Shown here: piece after piece, positions 1 to 9,922 of the stretch
How positions within the stretch are numbered: the first letter of the stretch is position 1
Layout of the letters: every line of letters starts with the position of its first letter
Virus record (IMG/VR): IMGVR_UViG_2671180458_000011
Reading direction: 5' to 3' (one strand)
Origin: a virus
Taxonomy: Duplodnaviria; Heunggongvirae; Uroviricota; Caudoviricetes
Length of the DNA: 23,839 bases
Position numbers and translations under genes: made by a program
The notes under the pieces: model-generated
Told to the model about the DNA's origin: nothing
Database searches by the model: none
The model's input: the letters and a program-made list of their open reading frames with translations, nothing else

Positions 1-2
1 AA

Positions 3-248
3 ATGAAAACCATCTTTATCAAACCCGCGCCGGGACGCCTGATTCGTGATCCCGACACAATGCGCCCGCTGGCACAGGAGGGGGAGGAAAAGCCCTTTAC
101 GCCGTTCTGGTGTCGGCGTCTTGATGACGGCGATGTTATTCAGGCTGAAAAAGCCGCTGAAGAGGCTCCTGCTGTATCTGCGGATGCAACGACTGCGACA
201 GAAAAACCGGTCGCCCAACCGGCATCCGATAAGGAGAAACCGCAATGA
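3..248 (+). CDS. small phage tail-module protein (Mu gp38/K-like position), function unknown
   Basis: 81-aa ORF immediately upstream of and overlapping (ATGA) the sheath gene start; acidic Ala/Glu-rich C-terminus. Assignment by position only. Confidence 0.4.
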   Translation: MKTIFIKPAPGRLIRDPDTMRPLAQEGEEKPFTPFWCRRLDDGDVIQAEKAAEEAPAVSADATTATEKPVAQPASDKEKPQ

Positions 249-1744
249 TTAATTTTGACGGGATCGGTAATGACCGCCGTATACCGCTGATTGAGGTTGA
301 GTTTAATAACTCCATGGCCGTCACCGGCACTCCGGCACAGCGTCAGTGTGTGCTGCTGTTTGGTCAGGCGAGAATGAAAGAGAATGCCGTGGACGGTGCC
401 GGTGTTCTGGATATTCCGGTCAGGATCACCCGTGCGTCTCAGGCAACAGAATTCTGGGGGCGCGGCTCCATGATTGCCCTGATGGTGGCGGAATTTATCG
501 CCATCAATCCTGATGCTGAACTGTATGCCATTGCTCAGGGGAGCGGCACCGGTCAGGCTCAGGCATGTCTCATGAATATAATTGGCACCGCCTCTCAGGA
601 TGGTGTTCTGCACATTTATATCGGCGGTCGGCGTTATCTGCTGGCTGTCACGAAAGGGCAGAAGGGTAAGGAGCTTATTGACGCTCTGGTCTCTGTTATT
701 AATGCCGATGCTGATGCGCCCTTCAGTGCTTATGCAGGTCAGGTAGCAGATAACGCCAGCGGACTCAAGGGAAGTATGGGAATTAATGCCCGTTTTACCG
801 GTGAATGTTCCGTACATGATATCCGTGTTAATTATCATGACGGAGAAACCACACCGGGTGGACTGACCATTGAACTTGGGTATCCCAAAACAAAAGCCAC
901 TAACCCGGATATCACCCGAAGCGTGGCGGGTATGGGCGATCGCCAGTACAACTATGTCGTCATGCCCTATAAGGATGATGCAAACCTGAAAATCATCAGT
1001 GATGAGCTTCTGAAACGCTGGGGACCGGCCAAAATGTCTGACGGTGTGCTGTGGATGGCGCATACCGGCACGTTTGGTGAGGTGCAGGCATTCGGGGCAA
1101 AACGCAATGATTTTCTGGCGACCTGCACATTCATTCCCAAAGCCCCTGAACCGGATTACCTCTGGGCAGCGGCGGTCTGCGCCACCTGTGCGCCGTCTCT
1201 GGGGGCAGATCCTGCGCGTCCGCTTCAGACGCTGGCGCTTCCGTCACGCATGGCCCCGGCCCCGGCCGATCGTCTGACGCGTGAAGAGCGTAACAGTCTG
1301 CTGTGGGGAGGGATTGCCACGGTCAGTGTGGCTGCCGGTGATGTGGTTCAGATCGAACGTCAGGTGACCATGTATCGCCAGAACGTGTACGGCGAAAGTG
1401 ATCCCAGCTATCTGGATGTGGAAACCATCTACACCCTCTCCTGGCTGCGTTATTCCCTGCGTACTTTTATCACACAACGTTTTCCGCGCCATAAACTGGC
1501 TGATGACGGGACGCCCGTTCGTGCCGGTCAGAATATCGTGACGCCGGAGATCATGAAGCTTCAGTTAATTTCGCTGGGTGAAGAGTGGGTGGAACTCGGG
1601 CTGGTCGAAAATCTGGACACCTTTAAAAAGAATCTGCTTGTGGAGCGTAATGCGTCAGATCGAAACCGTCTTGACGTGTTATGCACGCCGGATCTGGTTA
1701 ACCAGTTCCGCTTCCTGGCAGCACAGATCCGTTTCATTTTGTGA
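245..1744 (+). CDS. phage tail sheath protein (Mu gpL-like)
   Basis: 499-aa ORF with AAGGAG Shine-Dalgarno before ATG at 245; size and position directly upstream of a tail tube gene typical of contractile-tail sheath. Confidence 0.8.
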   Translation: MINFDGIGNDRRIPLIEVEFNNSMAVTGTPAQRQCVLLFGQARMKENAVDGAGVLDIPVRITRASQATEFWGRGSMIALMVAEFIAINPDAELYAIAQGSGTGQAQACLMNIIGTASQDGVLHIYIGGRRYLLAVTKGQKGKELIDALVSVINADADAPFSAYAGQVADNASGLKGSMGINARFTGECSVHDIRVNYHDGETTPGGLTIELGYPKTKATNPDITRSVAGMGDRQYNYVVMPYKDDANLKIISDELLKRWGPAKMSDGVLWMAHTGTFGEVQAFGAKRNDFLATCTFIPKAPEPDYLWAAAVCATCAPSLGADPARPLQTLALPSRMAPAPADRLTREERNSLLWGGIATVSVAAGDVVQIERQVTMYRQNVYGESDPSYLDVETIYTLSWLRYSLRTFITQRFPRHKLADDGTPVRAGQNIVTPEIMKLQLISLGEEWVELGLVENLDTFKKNLLVERNASDRNRLDVLCTPDLVNQFRFLAAQIRFIL

Positions 1745-1752
1745 GGTAAGGC

Positions 1753-2118
1753 ATGAGCGGAAAACAGTATCAGGGCACGGCCACTATCCGTGTGAACGGT
1801 CAGGAATACGAGACGCTTGAGGGGGCTACATTTTCTCCGTCAGGTTTTGAACGTGAAGTGGTGAAAGGCGCGAAAGTCTATGGTTACCGCCAGAAACCAC
1901 GTGAAGCGACGCTGGACTGCAAATTTCCGGCAGGCGGAGAAGGTTCACCAGCCGCCGATGAAATCAACAACTGGACTGCTGTCACTATCGAGTTTGTGGC
2001 GGATACCGGCGAAGTCCACATGATGACGAAGGCCTGGAGCAGTGAACCGGCCTCGCTTGACGGTGGCGGGGAGATCTCCGTGAAGTTCGCCAGCGCCACC
2101 AGTACCCGTGTTCAGTGA
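1753..2118 (+). CDS. phage tail tube protein (Mu gpM-like)
   Basis: 121-aa ORF directly after sheath; size and sequence character of Mu-type tail tube proteins. Confidence 0.75.
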   Translation: MSGKQYQGTATIRVNGQEYETLEGATFSPSGFEREVVKGAKVYGYRQKPREATLDCKFPAGGEGSPAADEINNWTAVTIEFVADTGEVHMMTKAWSSEPASLDGGGEISVKFASATSTRVQ

Positions 2119-2132
2119 TCAGGAAAAATAAA

Positions 2133-2609
2133 ATGACCACACGTAAGAAAAAAACGGCAGTTTCCGAGGCAGCCGTGATGGGGGCAATCCGGGAAGCACT
2201 TGAGGGGGCTGATCCACGCACTGCCGGGCTGACAGAGCAACTGGCAAAGGGATATGTGGATCTGCTTGATGGTCTGCCGTTTGGTGAGACCCGTGAATAT
2301 CGTGTCACGTTCCGGGAACTGACAGCGAAAGACAGTATTGACGCAGAAGCAGAAGCCGAGCGCGTGGTGGAGACAAACAATGGCCCGATGCTGATAGCGT
2401 CTCCGTCGTTACGCGGTGTTGCACTGCTGCGCCGTCAGATTGCCGCAGTGGGAGACATTGAAGGTCCGTTGTCACCCCGTCAGATTGGACAGTTAAGCGA
2501 GCGCGATCTCTCCCGCCTGATGGCAGCGGTCAGCCTGCTGGATACCGCGCTTGCCGGAAAGCTGGCAGCTGATCGGGGGCGATCAGGCGCAGTGTCGGGA
2601 TCAGATTGA
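2133..2609 (+). CDS. tail assembly chaperone (upstream ORF of the chaperone pair)
   Basis: ORF between tube and tape measure; ATG at 2133 (ORF track starts at GTG 2115, overlapping the tube stop). Position is the conserved tail chaperone slot. Confidence 0.6.
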   Translation: MTTRKKKTAVSEAAVMGAIREALEGADPRTAGLTEQLAKGYVDLLDGLPFGETREYRVTFRELTAKDSIDAEAEAERVVETNNGPMLIASPSLRGVALLRRQIAAVGDIEGPLSPRQIGQLSERDLSRLMAAVSLLDTALAGKLAADRGRSGAVSGSD

Positions 2610-2733
2610 AGAAGCGGCAATTATCCTGGGGATGGTGACAAAAAGTGGCCCGGAATGGGCGCTTAACCTCCCCCTGTCGCAACTTTACCGGCACTGCCGA
2701 CAGACAGAAAAAATCATCAGAACGAAGCAGTAA
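2551..2733 (+). CDS. candidate frameshift-extension ORF of the tail assembly chaperone
   Basis: Open +1 frame overlapping the last 59 nt of the chaperone ORF and ending 2 nt before the tape measure start; conserved G/GT-like arrangement in tailed phages. Confidence 0.35.
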   Translation: MPESWQLIGGDQAQCRDQIEEAAIILGMVTKSGPEWALNLPLSQLYRHCRQTEKIIRTKQ

Positions 2734-2735
2734 GT

Positions 2736-4811
2736 ATGGCCCGAAATCTCAGAGCATCTCTGATAGTTGATTTGCTCGGCAATATCTCAGCCAAATCCCG
2801 CCAGTGGTCTCAGGAGCTGGGGGCATTCTCACGCTCCGGCCAGGCGGGGCTGGGTGGTCTGGGAAATGCGGCCCGCCGTGCCGGGCAGGAAACAGATGTA
2901 CTCGGAAGCAGGATGCAGCGCACGCTGGCCGGGGTGCGGGGCAGTATCCGCCATGTCACTTCTGATTTTGACCGTCTTCAGGGCAGTATTACCGGCACCA
3001 TCGGGCGGATCAGCAATCTTTACGGAATGCTGGCCGGTGGTGCTGCTGTATATGGCTTTAACCGGGGATTTATTCGCCCGGCAGCGGAGATGGAAACCTA
3101 TATGATTCGCCTGAACTCCCTTTACAAAGGGGATCGGGCGAAAACTGATGATGTCCGCAGGTGGGCAATACAGAATGCGAAGGAAACCACCTGGGGGCTG
3201 GCTGGCGTCATGCAGGAATATACGTCCAGTCTGGGCTTTGGTATGAGTGACAGGGAGGCCCGAAATTTTGTCACCATGCTTCAGGATCAGGGTGCCGTGG
3301 GCGGCTGGTCACTGTCCGATGCACAGGGGGCATCCCTGCAACTGAAACAGATGTATGCAAGAGGCAGTATTCAGGCAGCGGATGCAAATATTCTTGCCAC
3401 CTACGGCATTAATGCCTACCGCGTGCTGGCTGATCGTCTGGGTGTGGACCAGAAAGTGGTCAGAAAACTTGGTGAAAAAGGGCTGCTTGGGCCGGACAGT
3501 ATTCGCCTGTTATTTCAGACGCTGGCGGAACAGGCCAGGGGAGCACAAAAGGACGCAATGAATTCCTGGAGTGGCCTGACGGCCATGATGGGTGACGTCT
3601 GGGATCAGTTTGCCCGGGATGTGATGGACAGTGGGCCATTTGAAAAACTGAAGGGTAATCTCAGGGGATTTCTTTCATGGGTTGACAGTGCCAAATCTGA
3701 TGGCAGTTACCATTCCCTGGCGGAAAGCACGGCATCAGCCATGAACCAGGGCTTTGAGTATGCCCGTGATGCAGTGACAGGGTTTTATCAGGCGATCAGA
3801 AAGGTACGCGACACGCTTCAGGCTCTGCGGGATGCGGGCTATGGTGATGCGCTGGATCGCATTGGTCAGGGGGCACAGACCGCCGCGAAATACCTGCTGT
3901 ACATGTATCTCGCCACCCGTGCCCTGAAAATGGCGCGGGCTGTCGGAACGGGGATTATACGTCCGGGTGCTGCATTGCTGGGATACGGATTATCAGCGGC
4001 GGCCTTCCTGACCTCACCTTTCCGGCGCTCTCCTCCGGCCGGAACACCACCAGGCACATCTCAGGGACGAGGGCAACGTTTTATAAACTTTCTTACCGGG
4101 GTAAATCCGGCAGCCGTTCAGCCAGTACTTGTAACAAACTGGCCCACAGGAGGACTGTCCGGCACCGGCGCGACCGATACATCCTCAGGCGGACGTCAGG
4201 GGCGGGGCCGCAGGAAACGCGGACCGGGGCGCGGAAGACCGGTCACGCCTCCCCTGCCACCGTCCCCAGTGCCACCGTCTCCCTCTTCTGGTGGGGCAGG
4301 GTTCTGGGGGCGCATGATGGGGCGCGCCGGTGGGTTACTTTCGTCTGTCGGTAGCCGCATGGGGCTGGGGCGTTTCTCCGGCTTTTTCCGCAGTGCCGGT
4401 GGACTGGCCGGCCGGCTGGGTGGAGGTGCCCTGTGGGCTGGCGCGATGGCAGCCCCGGTTCTGCTGGATGGCAGCGCCAGTGCCACAGACAAGGGAGAAG
4501 CGGTCGGCTCTCTTGCAGGCAGTATTGCCGGTGGTGCGCTGGGGGCGGCAGCCGGACCTGTGGGGATTGCCATTGGTTCTACGGTGGGCAGCTATCTCGG
4601 TAACTATCTGGGGGGATGGCTGACTGAAGCCTGGCAGAAATTACGGGGCAGTGATGATGAAAGCAGTGGACAGGCGGTACAAAAAGCCTCTGCCCGTGTG
4701 GAGCTGGTTGCCCCGGAAGGGTGGCAGGCTCGCAGTATTGATATTGATGACACGTCCGGTCACGGACTGGATGTGAATGTCTGGAACGGAGGGAATTATG
4801 GCCTCTGGTGA
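2736..4811 (+). CDS. tail tape measure protein
   Basis: 691-aa ORF immediately after the chaperone pair; Gly/Ala-rich C-terminal low-complexity region (about 4020-4620) typical of tape measure proteins. Confidence 0.8.
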   Translation: MARNLRASLIVDLLGNISAKSRQWSQELGAFSRSGQAGLGGLGNAARRAGQETDVLGSRMQRTLAGVRGSIRHVTSDFDRLQGSITGTIGRISNLYGMLAGGAAVYGFNRGFIRPAAEMETYMIRLNSLYKGDRAKTDDVRRWAIQNAKETTWGLAGVMQEYTSSLGFGMSDREARNFVTMLQDQGAVGGWSLSDAQGASLQLKQMYARGSIQAADANILATYGINAYRVLADRLGVDQKVVRKLGEKGLLGPDSIRLLFQTLAEQARGAQKDAMNSWSGLTAMMGDVWDQFARDVMDSGPFEKLKGNLRGFLSWVDSAKSDGSYHSLAESTASAMNQGFEYARDAVTGFYQAIRKVRDTLQALRDAGYGDALDRIGQGAQTAAKYLLYMYLATRALKMARAVGTGIIRPGAALLGYGLSAAAFLTSPFRRSPPAGTPPGTSQGRGQRFINFLTGVNPAAVQPVLVTNWPTGGLSGTGATDTSSGGRQGRGRRKRGPGRGRPVTPPLPPSPVPPSPSSGGAGFWGRMMGRAGGLLSSVGSRMGLGRFSGFFRSAGGLAGRLGGGALWAGAMAAPVLLDGSASATDKGEAVGSLAGSIAGGALGAAAGPVGIAIGSTVGSYLGNYLGGWLTEAWQKLRGSDDESSGQAVQKASARVELVAPEGWQARSIDIDDTSGHGLDVNVWNGGNYGLW

Positions 4812-6147
4812 CGGTCGTGGTGCGTTCCGTGGTGTGCCGTTCCTCGTCTGGCGTGAGCAGCGCGAACGTGGTGGGCGAAACATTGTCCGTCGGGAATATC
4901 CGTTACGGGAAACCGGTGGTGCAGACGATCTGGGACCTAAACTGGCTGAATTTACGTTCAGTGTACTTGTGATGGGGGATGATGTTCAGACACAGCGAAA
5001 TCGTCTGCGTGATGCCCTTCGTGCTCCCGGTGCCGGGGAGCTGCTTCACCCGGATTACGGCACGTTAAATGTGCTGATAAACAGCTTTGAAAGTCGTTAT
5101 AACGCCGCTGAACAGGGCGTGGTTGAGTTCACCATTAATGTCACGCCGGTAAGTGATGATACCGCACCTGCTGTCACACAGGACACGGCCGCCATTCTGG
5201 AGCAGAAGAGTACCACCGCGCTCGGGCAGGTTTTTGAAACCCTGGAAGCGGGCTGGACGGTGATCTCTGACGGAATGCACGATGTCCAGGCAATGACCGA
5301 AACCATCAGTGATAAGGTGTCCGCCCTGGAAAATGCCGTTTCCGGCATGGGGATTGTACAGGATATCAGTGCCTTTACTGCCACGTTCACGGCGCTGAAA
5401 GGGAATGCCACGGCATTACTGACAGCACCTTCCCGCATGGCCTCATCTTTTGCGGGGCTTTTCAGTGCCCTGATCACCCTGCCATCGCTGCCGTCACTGT
5501 CTTCAGGAGGCCTGAATACCCGGCCCGGTGGCAGTATCGGCCGGACGACATCCGCCGTCTCTCAGGGAATGCCGCAACTGTACAGGACATTATCTTCCCT
5601 GCGTTACGTGCTGGATGAGCAAGATAATCCGCAGACTCTCATCGGTCTGACACCGGCAGCACAAAAGAATATTCGTCTGATACGGGCGGTAATGCAGAGT
5701 GCTGCCGTGGTGGCCCAGGCACAGACCGTGGGAAAACTGCTGGATCAGGTTCTCAGTCAGGAAACCCTGCCGGACAGTGACGCAGCCCACCGTACCTGGC
5801 CTGTCTGGCTGGAAAGTTCAGTTGATCTTCAGCGCATTAACCGTGACTTAAGCGAAGCGCTCGAACGGCAGGTGATGACACTGTCCGGGCAGGGGTATAC
5901 CGCCACGGCGCTGACGCTTCGTGATGCCAGACTGGCACTGACAGAGGATCTGAATACACGGGGAGTTCAGCTACCCGGTGCAACAGTAGTGACTGTACGT
6001 ACCACCGAGCCTGCACTGGTGACCCTGTACCGTGCCACCGGGAACAGTACCGGCTGGCAACGTTTTGTGCGCCGTAACGGTATTGTTGATCCGCTGTTCA
6101 TTCCCGGAGGCCATTCAGTGGAGGTGATTAGTGAGCAGCAGGGTTGA
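4777..6147 (+). CDS. DNA circularization protein N-like tail protein (Mu gpN-like)
   Basis: 456-aa ORF overlapping the tape measure end; position and N-terminal sequence consistent with the Mu N family. True start may be the internal ATG at 4798. Confidence 0.7.
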   Translation: MSGTEGIMASGDGRGAFRGVPFLVWREQRERGGRNIVRREYPLRETGGADDLGPKLAEFTFSVLVMGDDVQTQRNRLRDALRAPGAGELLHPDYGTLNVLINSFESRYNAAEQGVVEFTINVTPVSDDTAPAVTQDTAAILEQKSTTALGQVFETLEAGWTVISDGMHDVQAMTETISDKVSALENAVSGMGIVQDISAFTATFTALKGNATALLTAPSRMASSFAGLFSALITLPSLPSLSSGGLNTRPGGSIGRTTSAVSQGMPQLYRTLSSLRYVLDEQDNPQTLIGLTPAAQKNIRLIRAVMQSAAVVAQAQTVGKLLDQVLSQETLPDSDAAHRTWPVWLESSVDLQRINRDLSEALERQVMTLSGQGYTATALTLRDARLALTEDLNTRGVQLPGATVVTVRTTEPALVTLYRATGNSTGWQRFVRRNGIVDPLFIPGGHSVEVISEQQG

Positions 6148-7255
6148 ACTGTATCTGGGCGGTGAGATTTTTTCCGGCTGGCTGACGGTGAGTGTTCGTC
6201 GCTCTCTTGAACATCTGGCGGGCTCCTTTGAACTGGGGGTAATGATGCCCGGTGTACGCCTTCCGTCATCCGTCCGTGCCGGTCAGTCTCTGGAATTGCG
6301 CATTGACGGTCAGCCTGTGATCACTGGCTGGCTGGATCAGGTCCGGCAGCGCATCAGCGCCACGCGTTTTCAGATCACGCTCAGCGGACGGGATAAAACC
6401 GGTGACCTGGTGGACTGTTCAGCCATTCATCCGGGCAGCCAGTGGAGGAACCGCACGCTGGAGCACATTGCTTCAGATTTGTGTGCTCCGTTCGGGGTCA
6501 CGGTGCGCTGGCAGGTAAATGATGCAACGGCAGCCCGGCCCTTTTCCACCTTCACACTGGAAAACTCAGAAACCGTGGCAGATGCGCTGACACGGGCCGC
6601 GAGACACAGAGGCGTCCTGGTAACCAGTAATGCCGCCGGTGAACTGGTTTTCACTCAGGCCGGCAGTCAGCGTGGCGACACGCTGACGCTGGGCGAAAAT
6701 CTGCTGGATTTGGATCACAACGTGGATCACCGTCTGCGCCACAGTGAATACCGTGTACGGGGGCACGGGCGTGGTGGTGGTCATGCCGGGGATGCACTGA
6801 CAGCCGGAACGCTGGCCGCACCCGTTGGTACGGTGACAGACAGTGCCATCCACCGTTACAGACCGAAAATTGTGCTGGCGGATCATGCTGTTGATGCAGA
6901 CGGTGCACGCCAGAGGGCTGTCCGGGAAATGCGCCGGGCGGTTGCCCGCTCTGTGCGCCTGACAGCCACCGTGCGGCACTGGTTTCGGGAGAACGGCCAG
7001 TTGTGGGATATCAACCTGCTGACGGCTGTCACGGCTCCCTGCACCGGAGTGGAAGAGCGTGATCTTCTTGTCTGTCAGGTGGAGTTTTCGCTGGATGCAA
7101 ATCACGGCGAAACCACCCGTCTGATTCTGGCACCCCGTGACGGCTTTATTGTTCCGGCAGAGCCGGGAAACAGCGGAAGCGGAAATGCGGGTGACGTGGA
7201 CGCCTTCGTGCGGGCACAGATGAAAAAACAGGGGATTAAATTCAATGATGAATGA
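6131..7255 (+). CDS. baseplate/tail protein (Mu gpP-like)
   Basis: 374-aa ORF with GTG start overlapping the preceding gene; conserved position in the Mu-type baseplate cluster. Confidence 0.7.
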   Translation: MSSRVELYLGGEIFSGWLTVSVRRSLEHLAGSFELGVMMPGVRLPSSVRAGQSLELRIDGQPVITGWLDQVRQRISATRFQITLSGRDKTGDLVDCSAIHPGSQWRNRTLEHIASDLCAPFGVTVRWQVNDATAARPFSTFTLENSETVADALTRAARHRGVLVTSNAAGELVFTQAGSQRGDTLTLGENLLDLDHNVDHRLRHSEYRVRGHGRGGGHAGDALTAGTLAAPVGTVTDSAIHRYRPKIVLADHAVDADGARQRAVREMRRAVARSVRLTATVRHWFRENGQLWDINLLTAVTAPCTGVEERDLLVCQVEFSLDANHGETTRLILAPRDGFIVPAEPGNSGSGNAGDVDAFVRAQMKKQGIKFNDE

Positions 7256-7859
7256 CGAAGTCATCAGCCGCCTTCTGGCCCCCGTAATGCGGGGTGTTCG
7301 TCTGCTGTTCGGGCGTGGTGTACTGACCGGCACAATGGACACGCTGAAAATCCAGAATGTGCAAATCACCGGTATGGATGGTGAAACCTTTGATGACGTT
7401 GAACGCCCCCAGCAGTACGGGCAAATCAGCGTCCCCCTGCCTGGTGCGGAAGTTTTTCTGGCCTGTGCTGGCGGACAACGGGATCAGGCCGTGGTGCTTG
7501 TGGTGGAAGACCGCCGCAGTCGCCCGACCGGACTTACCGCCGGAGATACCGGCGTGTATCACCATGAGGGGCACCGTATACGTCTGACAAAGAACGGCCG
7601 GATCATTGTGACCTGTAAGACGCTGGAGATTTACGCCGATGAAGGTGTTCAGGTGGATACACCGGAGGCTCACTTTACCGGTAATGTCACAGTGGATAAG
7701 AACCTGCATGTCAAAGGCAATGTGTCCATTGACGGCACCGGAAGATCACAGGGGACGTTCACGATGTCCGAAGCGGTTATTGCCGGGATCACCTATTCAG
7801 GTCATGTGCATCACGATAACGGTGAAGGCAGCAAAACGGGAGGACCAGAGAATGGCTGA
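7245..7859 (+). CDS. baseplate assembly protein V-like (Mu gp45-like spike)
   Basis: 204-aa ORF; stop overlaps the next start (ATGGCTGA at 7852-7859), a translational-coupling arrangement. Confidence 0.7.
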   Translation: MMNDEVISRLLAPVMRGVRLLFGRGVLTGTMDTLKIQNVQITGMDGETFDDVERPQQYGQISVPLPGAEVFLACAGGQRDQAVVLVVEDRRSRPTGLTAGDTGVYHHEGHRIRLTKNGRIIVTCKTLEIYADEGVQVDTPEAHFTGNVTVDKNLHVKGNVSIDGTGRSQGTFTMSEAVIAGITYSGHVHHDNGEGSKTGGPENG

Positions 7860-8289
7860 TATTGCTGTCGTCTGGGATCAGGGTTGCGGTTCCCTGCAAC
7901 TGAACGGCGCAGATCTTCTGACGGATAACAGCCTGCTGACTGCGGTCATTATTTCACTGTTTACGGACAGGCGGGCGCTGGATTCCGATGAAATCCCTGA
8001 CGGCACCCGTGACCGTCGGGGATGGTGGGGAGACAGTTTCCGGGAGCGCCCCGTTGGCTCCCGTCTCTGGCTGTTAAGCCGTGAAAAGACGCTGTCCTCC
8101 GTGGTCAGCCGTGCACAGGCCTATGCTGATGAAGCGCTGGCGTGGCTGCATAAAAGCGGTGCTGCCACATCCGTGGTATGTCATGCCATGCGTGTGGGGC
8201 ATGCTCGCCTTTCGCTTTCCGTGAAAATCACCCTGCCGGACGGAAGCAGACATCCGATGATTTTTTATGCTGATATGAAGGGGGAATGA
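7852..8289 (+). CDS. baseplate protein gp46-like
   Basis: 145-aa ORF from ATG 7852 (the ORF track's 7639 start is an upstream in-frame extension overlapping gp45); position between V-like and J-like genes. Confidence 0.7.
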   Translation: MADIAVVWDQGCGSLQLNGADLLTDNSLLTAVIISLFTDRRALDSDEIPDGTRDRRGWWGDSFRERPVGSRLWLLSREKTLSSVVSRAQAYADEALAWLHKSGAATSVVCHAMRVGHARLSLSVKITLPDGSRHPMIFYADMKGE

Positions 8290-9371
8290 TGCCTTATCAG
8301 CCCTTACCACTGGCGCAACTGATCACACAGACACAACAGGATATCAGCCAGCGCCTGCCCGGTTCGCAGCCGGGCGTGAATGAAACCACCCTGAATGCCA
8401 TTGCGTATGCACTCGCGGGTCTGTCAGCACAGGAGCATGAACATCTGGCCTGGATCTCCCGGCAGATAATTCCGACAGAAGCTGATGAAGCCGAACTCCT
8501 GAAACACTGCGCATTCTGGGGTGTCATCCGTAAACCGGCTTCCCGCGCTGACGGACCGGTACAACTGATGCTGACCACGGATGCAGGGATCACGGAAGGC
8601 GTACTCCTTCAGCGAAGCGATGGTGTTGTGTACCGCATCACCGGCTCTGCGACCGGAAAAGCCGGAACACTGAATGTTAATGTGGAGGCGGAAAGTGCGG
8701 GGCGCGCTGGAAATACCCCGACCGGAACCCGCCTGTCCTTTATCACGCCACAGGCGGGCATCAACCAGACAGCCACGGTCACCGGCACGGGACTCACCGG
8801 TGGTGCGGATGTGGAAACGGTGCCGGAGTTGCTGTCCAGGCTGGTATTCCGGGTACAGAACCCGCCATCAGGGGGAACACAGTATGATTTTGAACGCTGG
8901 GCACGGGAAGTACCGGGCGTGACGCGGGCATGGTGTAAGCCTGAATGGCCTGAGGCGGGTAGTGTTGGTGTGACTTTTGTTCAGGATAATAACCCTGACA
9001 TTTTCCCCGGAGAAGGTGATGTGAAGCGGGTGGCGGATTATATCCGCAGTCATGATGATCCGGCGACGGGCCAGCCCGTTGGTCAGCCACTTGGGCCGAC
9101 AATCAGCGTGTTTAAGCTGACCAATAAGCCGGTGGCGTTTGAGATCAGGATTGTACCCAAAACGCCGGAAAATCAGGCTGCCGTAAAACAGGCATTAACG
9201 GACCTGCTTTATAACGAATCGCGGCCGGGTGGACTTGTATTGCCTTCATCATTCTGGCGGGCTGTTGCAGGGGTGAAAGGACTGGAGGATTTTGAAGTTC
9301 GCAGCCCGCTGAAGTCCGTGATGGCCGGAGATACAGAGTTGCTGACCGTGGGGGAAATCACATGGCTGTAA
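8286..9371 (+). CDS. baseplate J-like protein (Mu gp47-like)
   Basis: 361-aa ORF overlapping both neighbours; size and position of baseplate J family. Confidence 0.8.
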   Translation: MMPYQPLPLAQLITQTQQDISQRLPGSQPGVNETTLNAIAYALAGLSAQEHEHLAWISRQIIPTEADEAELLKHCAFWGVIRKPASRADGPVQLMLTTDAGITEGVLLQRSDGVVYRITGSATGKAGTLNVNVEAESAGRAGNTPTGTRLSFITPQAGINQTATVTGTGLTGGADVETVPELLSRLVFRVQNPPSGGTQYDFERWAREVPGVTRAWCKPEWPEAGSVGVTFVQDNNPDIFPGEGDVKRVADYIRSHDDPATGQPVGQPLGPTISVFKLTNKPVAFEIRIVPKTPENQAAVKQALTDLLYNESRPGGLVLPSSFWRAVAGVKGLEDFEVRSPLKSVMAGDTELLTVGEITWL

Positions 9372-9922
9372 CCCTGACCCCGCATCAGCGTGCCCTGTTG
9401 CAGTTGCTGCCTGACGGGCTGGCATGGGATAAGCGGCCGTCATCCGTTCTTGCGGCTTTGTGCCTGGGCCTCAGTCATTCCACGGAGCGTGTTTCCTGGA
9501 CCGGTAACCAGATGCTGGCAGAACGTTTTCCTGATTCATCCCGTCTGCTGCTGGAAGACTGGGAGCGTTATCTGGGGTTACCGGAATGTGATATGACCGG
9601 CGCAACCATTCAGGAGCGTCAGCGTTATGCCGGGAATAAATACCGGATGAAACCCTCTCTTAACCGTGAATTTTATATCCGGTTTGCGGCAGAGTTTGGT
9701 TATGAAATAGATATTCAGCCATCACCGGATTCACAGTGGGTCAGTATTGTCACGATTAACAGTGAAACCGGCTACCGGAATATGAATGTGCTGGATGATA
9801 TTCTCACCCCGCTGCGTATTTATGAGGGTGGTGCGCTGGAATGTATTCTGAACCGTTATAAGCCTGCATGGCAGACGTTTATTTACGTGTATGCAAACAG
9901 CCATGAAGAGGAGACTATTTAA
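9362..9922 (+). CDS. tail protein gp48-like (DUF2313/YmfQ-like)
   Basis: 186-aa ORF directly upstream of the tail fiber gene; its stop overlaps the tail fiber ATG (TAATG at 9920-9924). Confidence 0.7.
   Translation: MAVTLTPHQRALLQLLPDGLAWDKRPSSVLAALCLGLSHSTERVSWTGNQMLAERFPDSSRLLLEDWERYLGLPECDMTGATIQERQRYAGNKYRMKPSLNREFYIRFAAEFGYEIDIQPSPDSQWVSIVTINSETGYRNMNVLDDILTPLRIYEGGALECILNRYKPAWQTFIYVYANSHEEETI

Noticed and set aside
140-1063. 307-aa minus-strand ORF
   Set aside because: Lies entirely antisense to the tail sheath gene; Arg/Cys/Gly-rich junk-like translation; typical shadow ORF in GC-rich coding DNA.
4196-4573. 125-aa minus-strand Pro/Ala-rich ORF and apparent repetitiveness at 4020-4620
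   Set aside because: Antisense to the Gly-rich low-complexity part of the tape measure gene; the repetitiveness is protein low-complexity, not a DNA repeat array or CRISPR.
6566-7369. 267-aa minus-strand ORF
   Set aside because: Antisense to the gpP-like and gp45-like genes; composition-driven shadow ORF.
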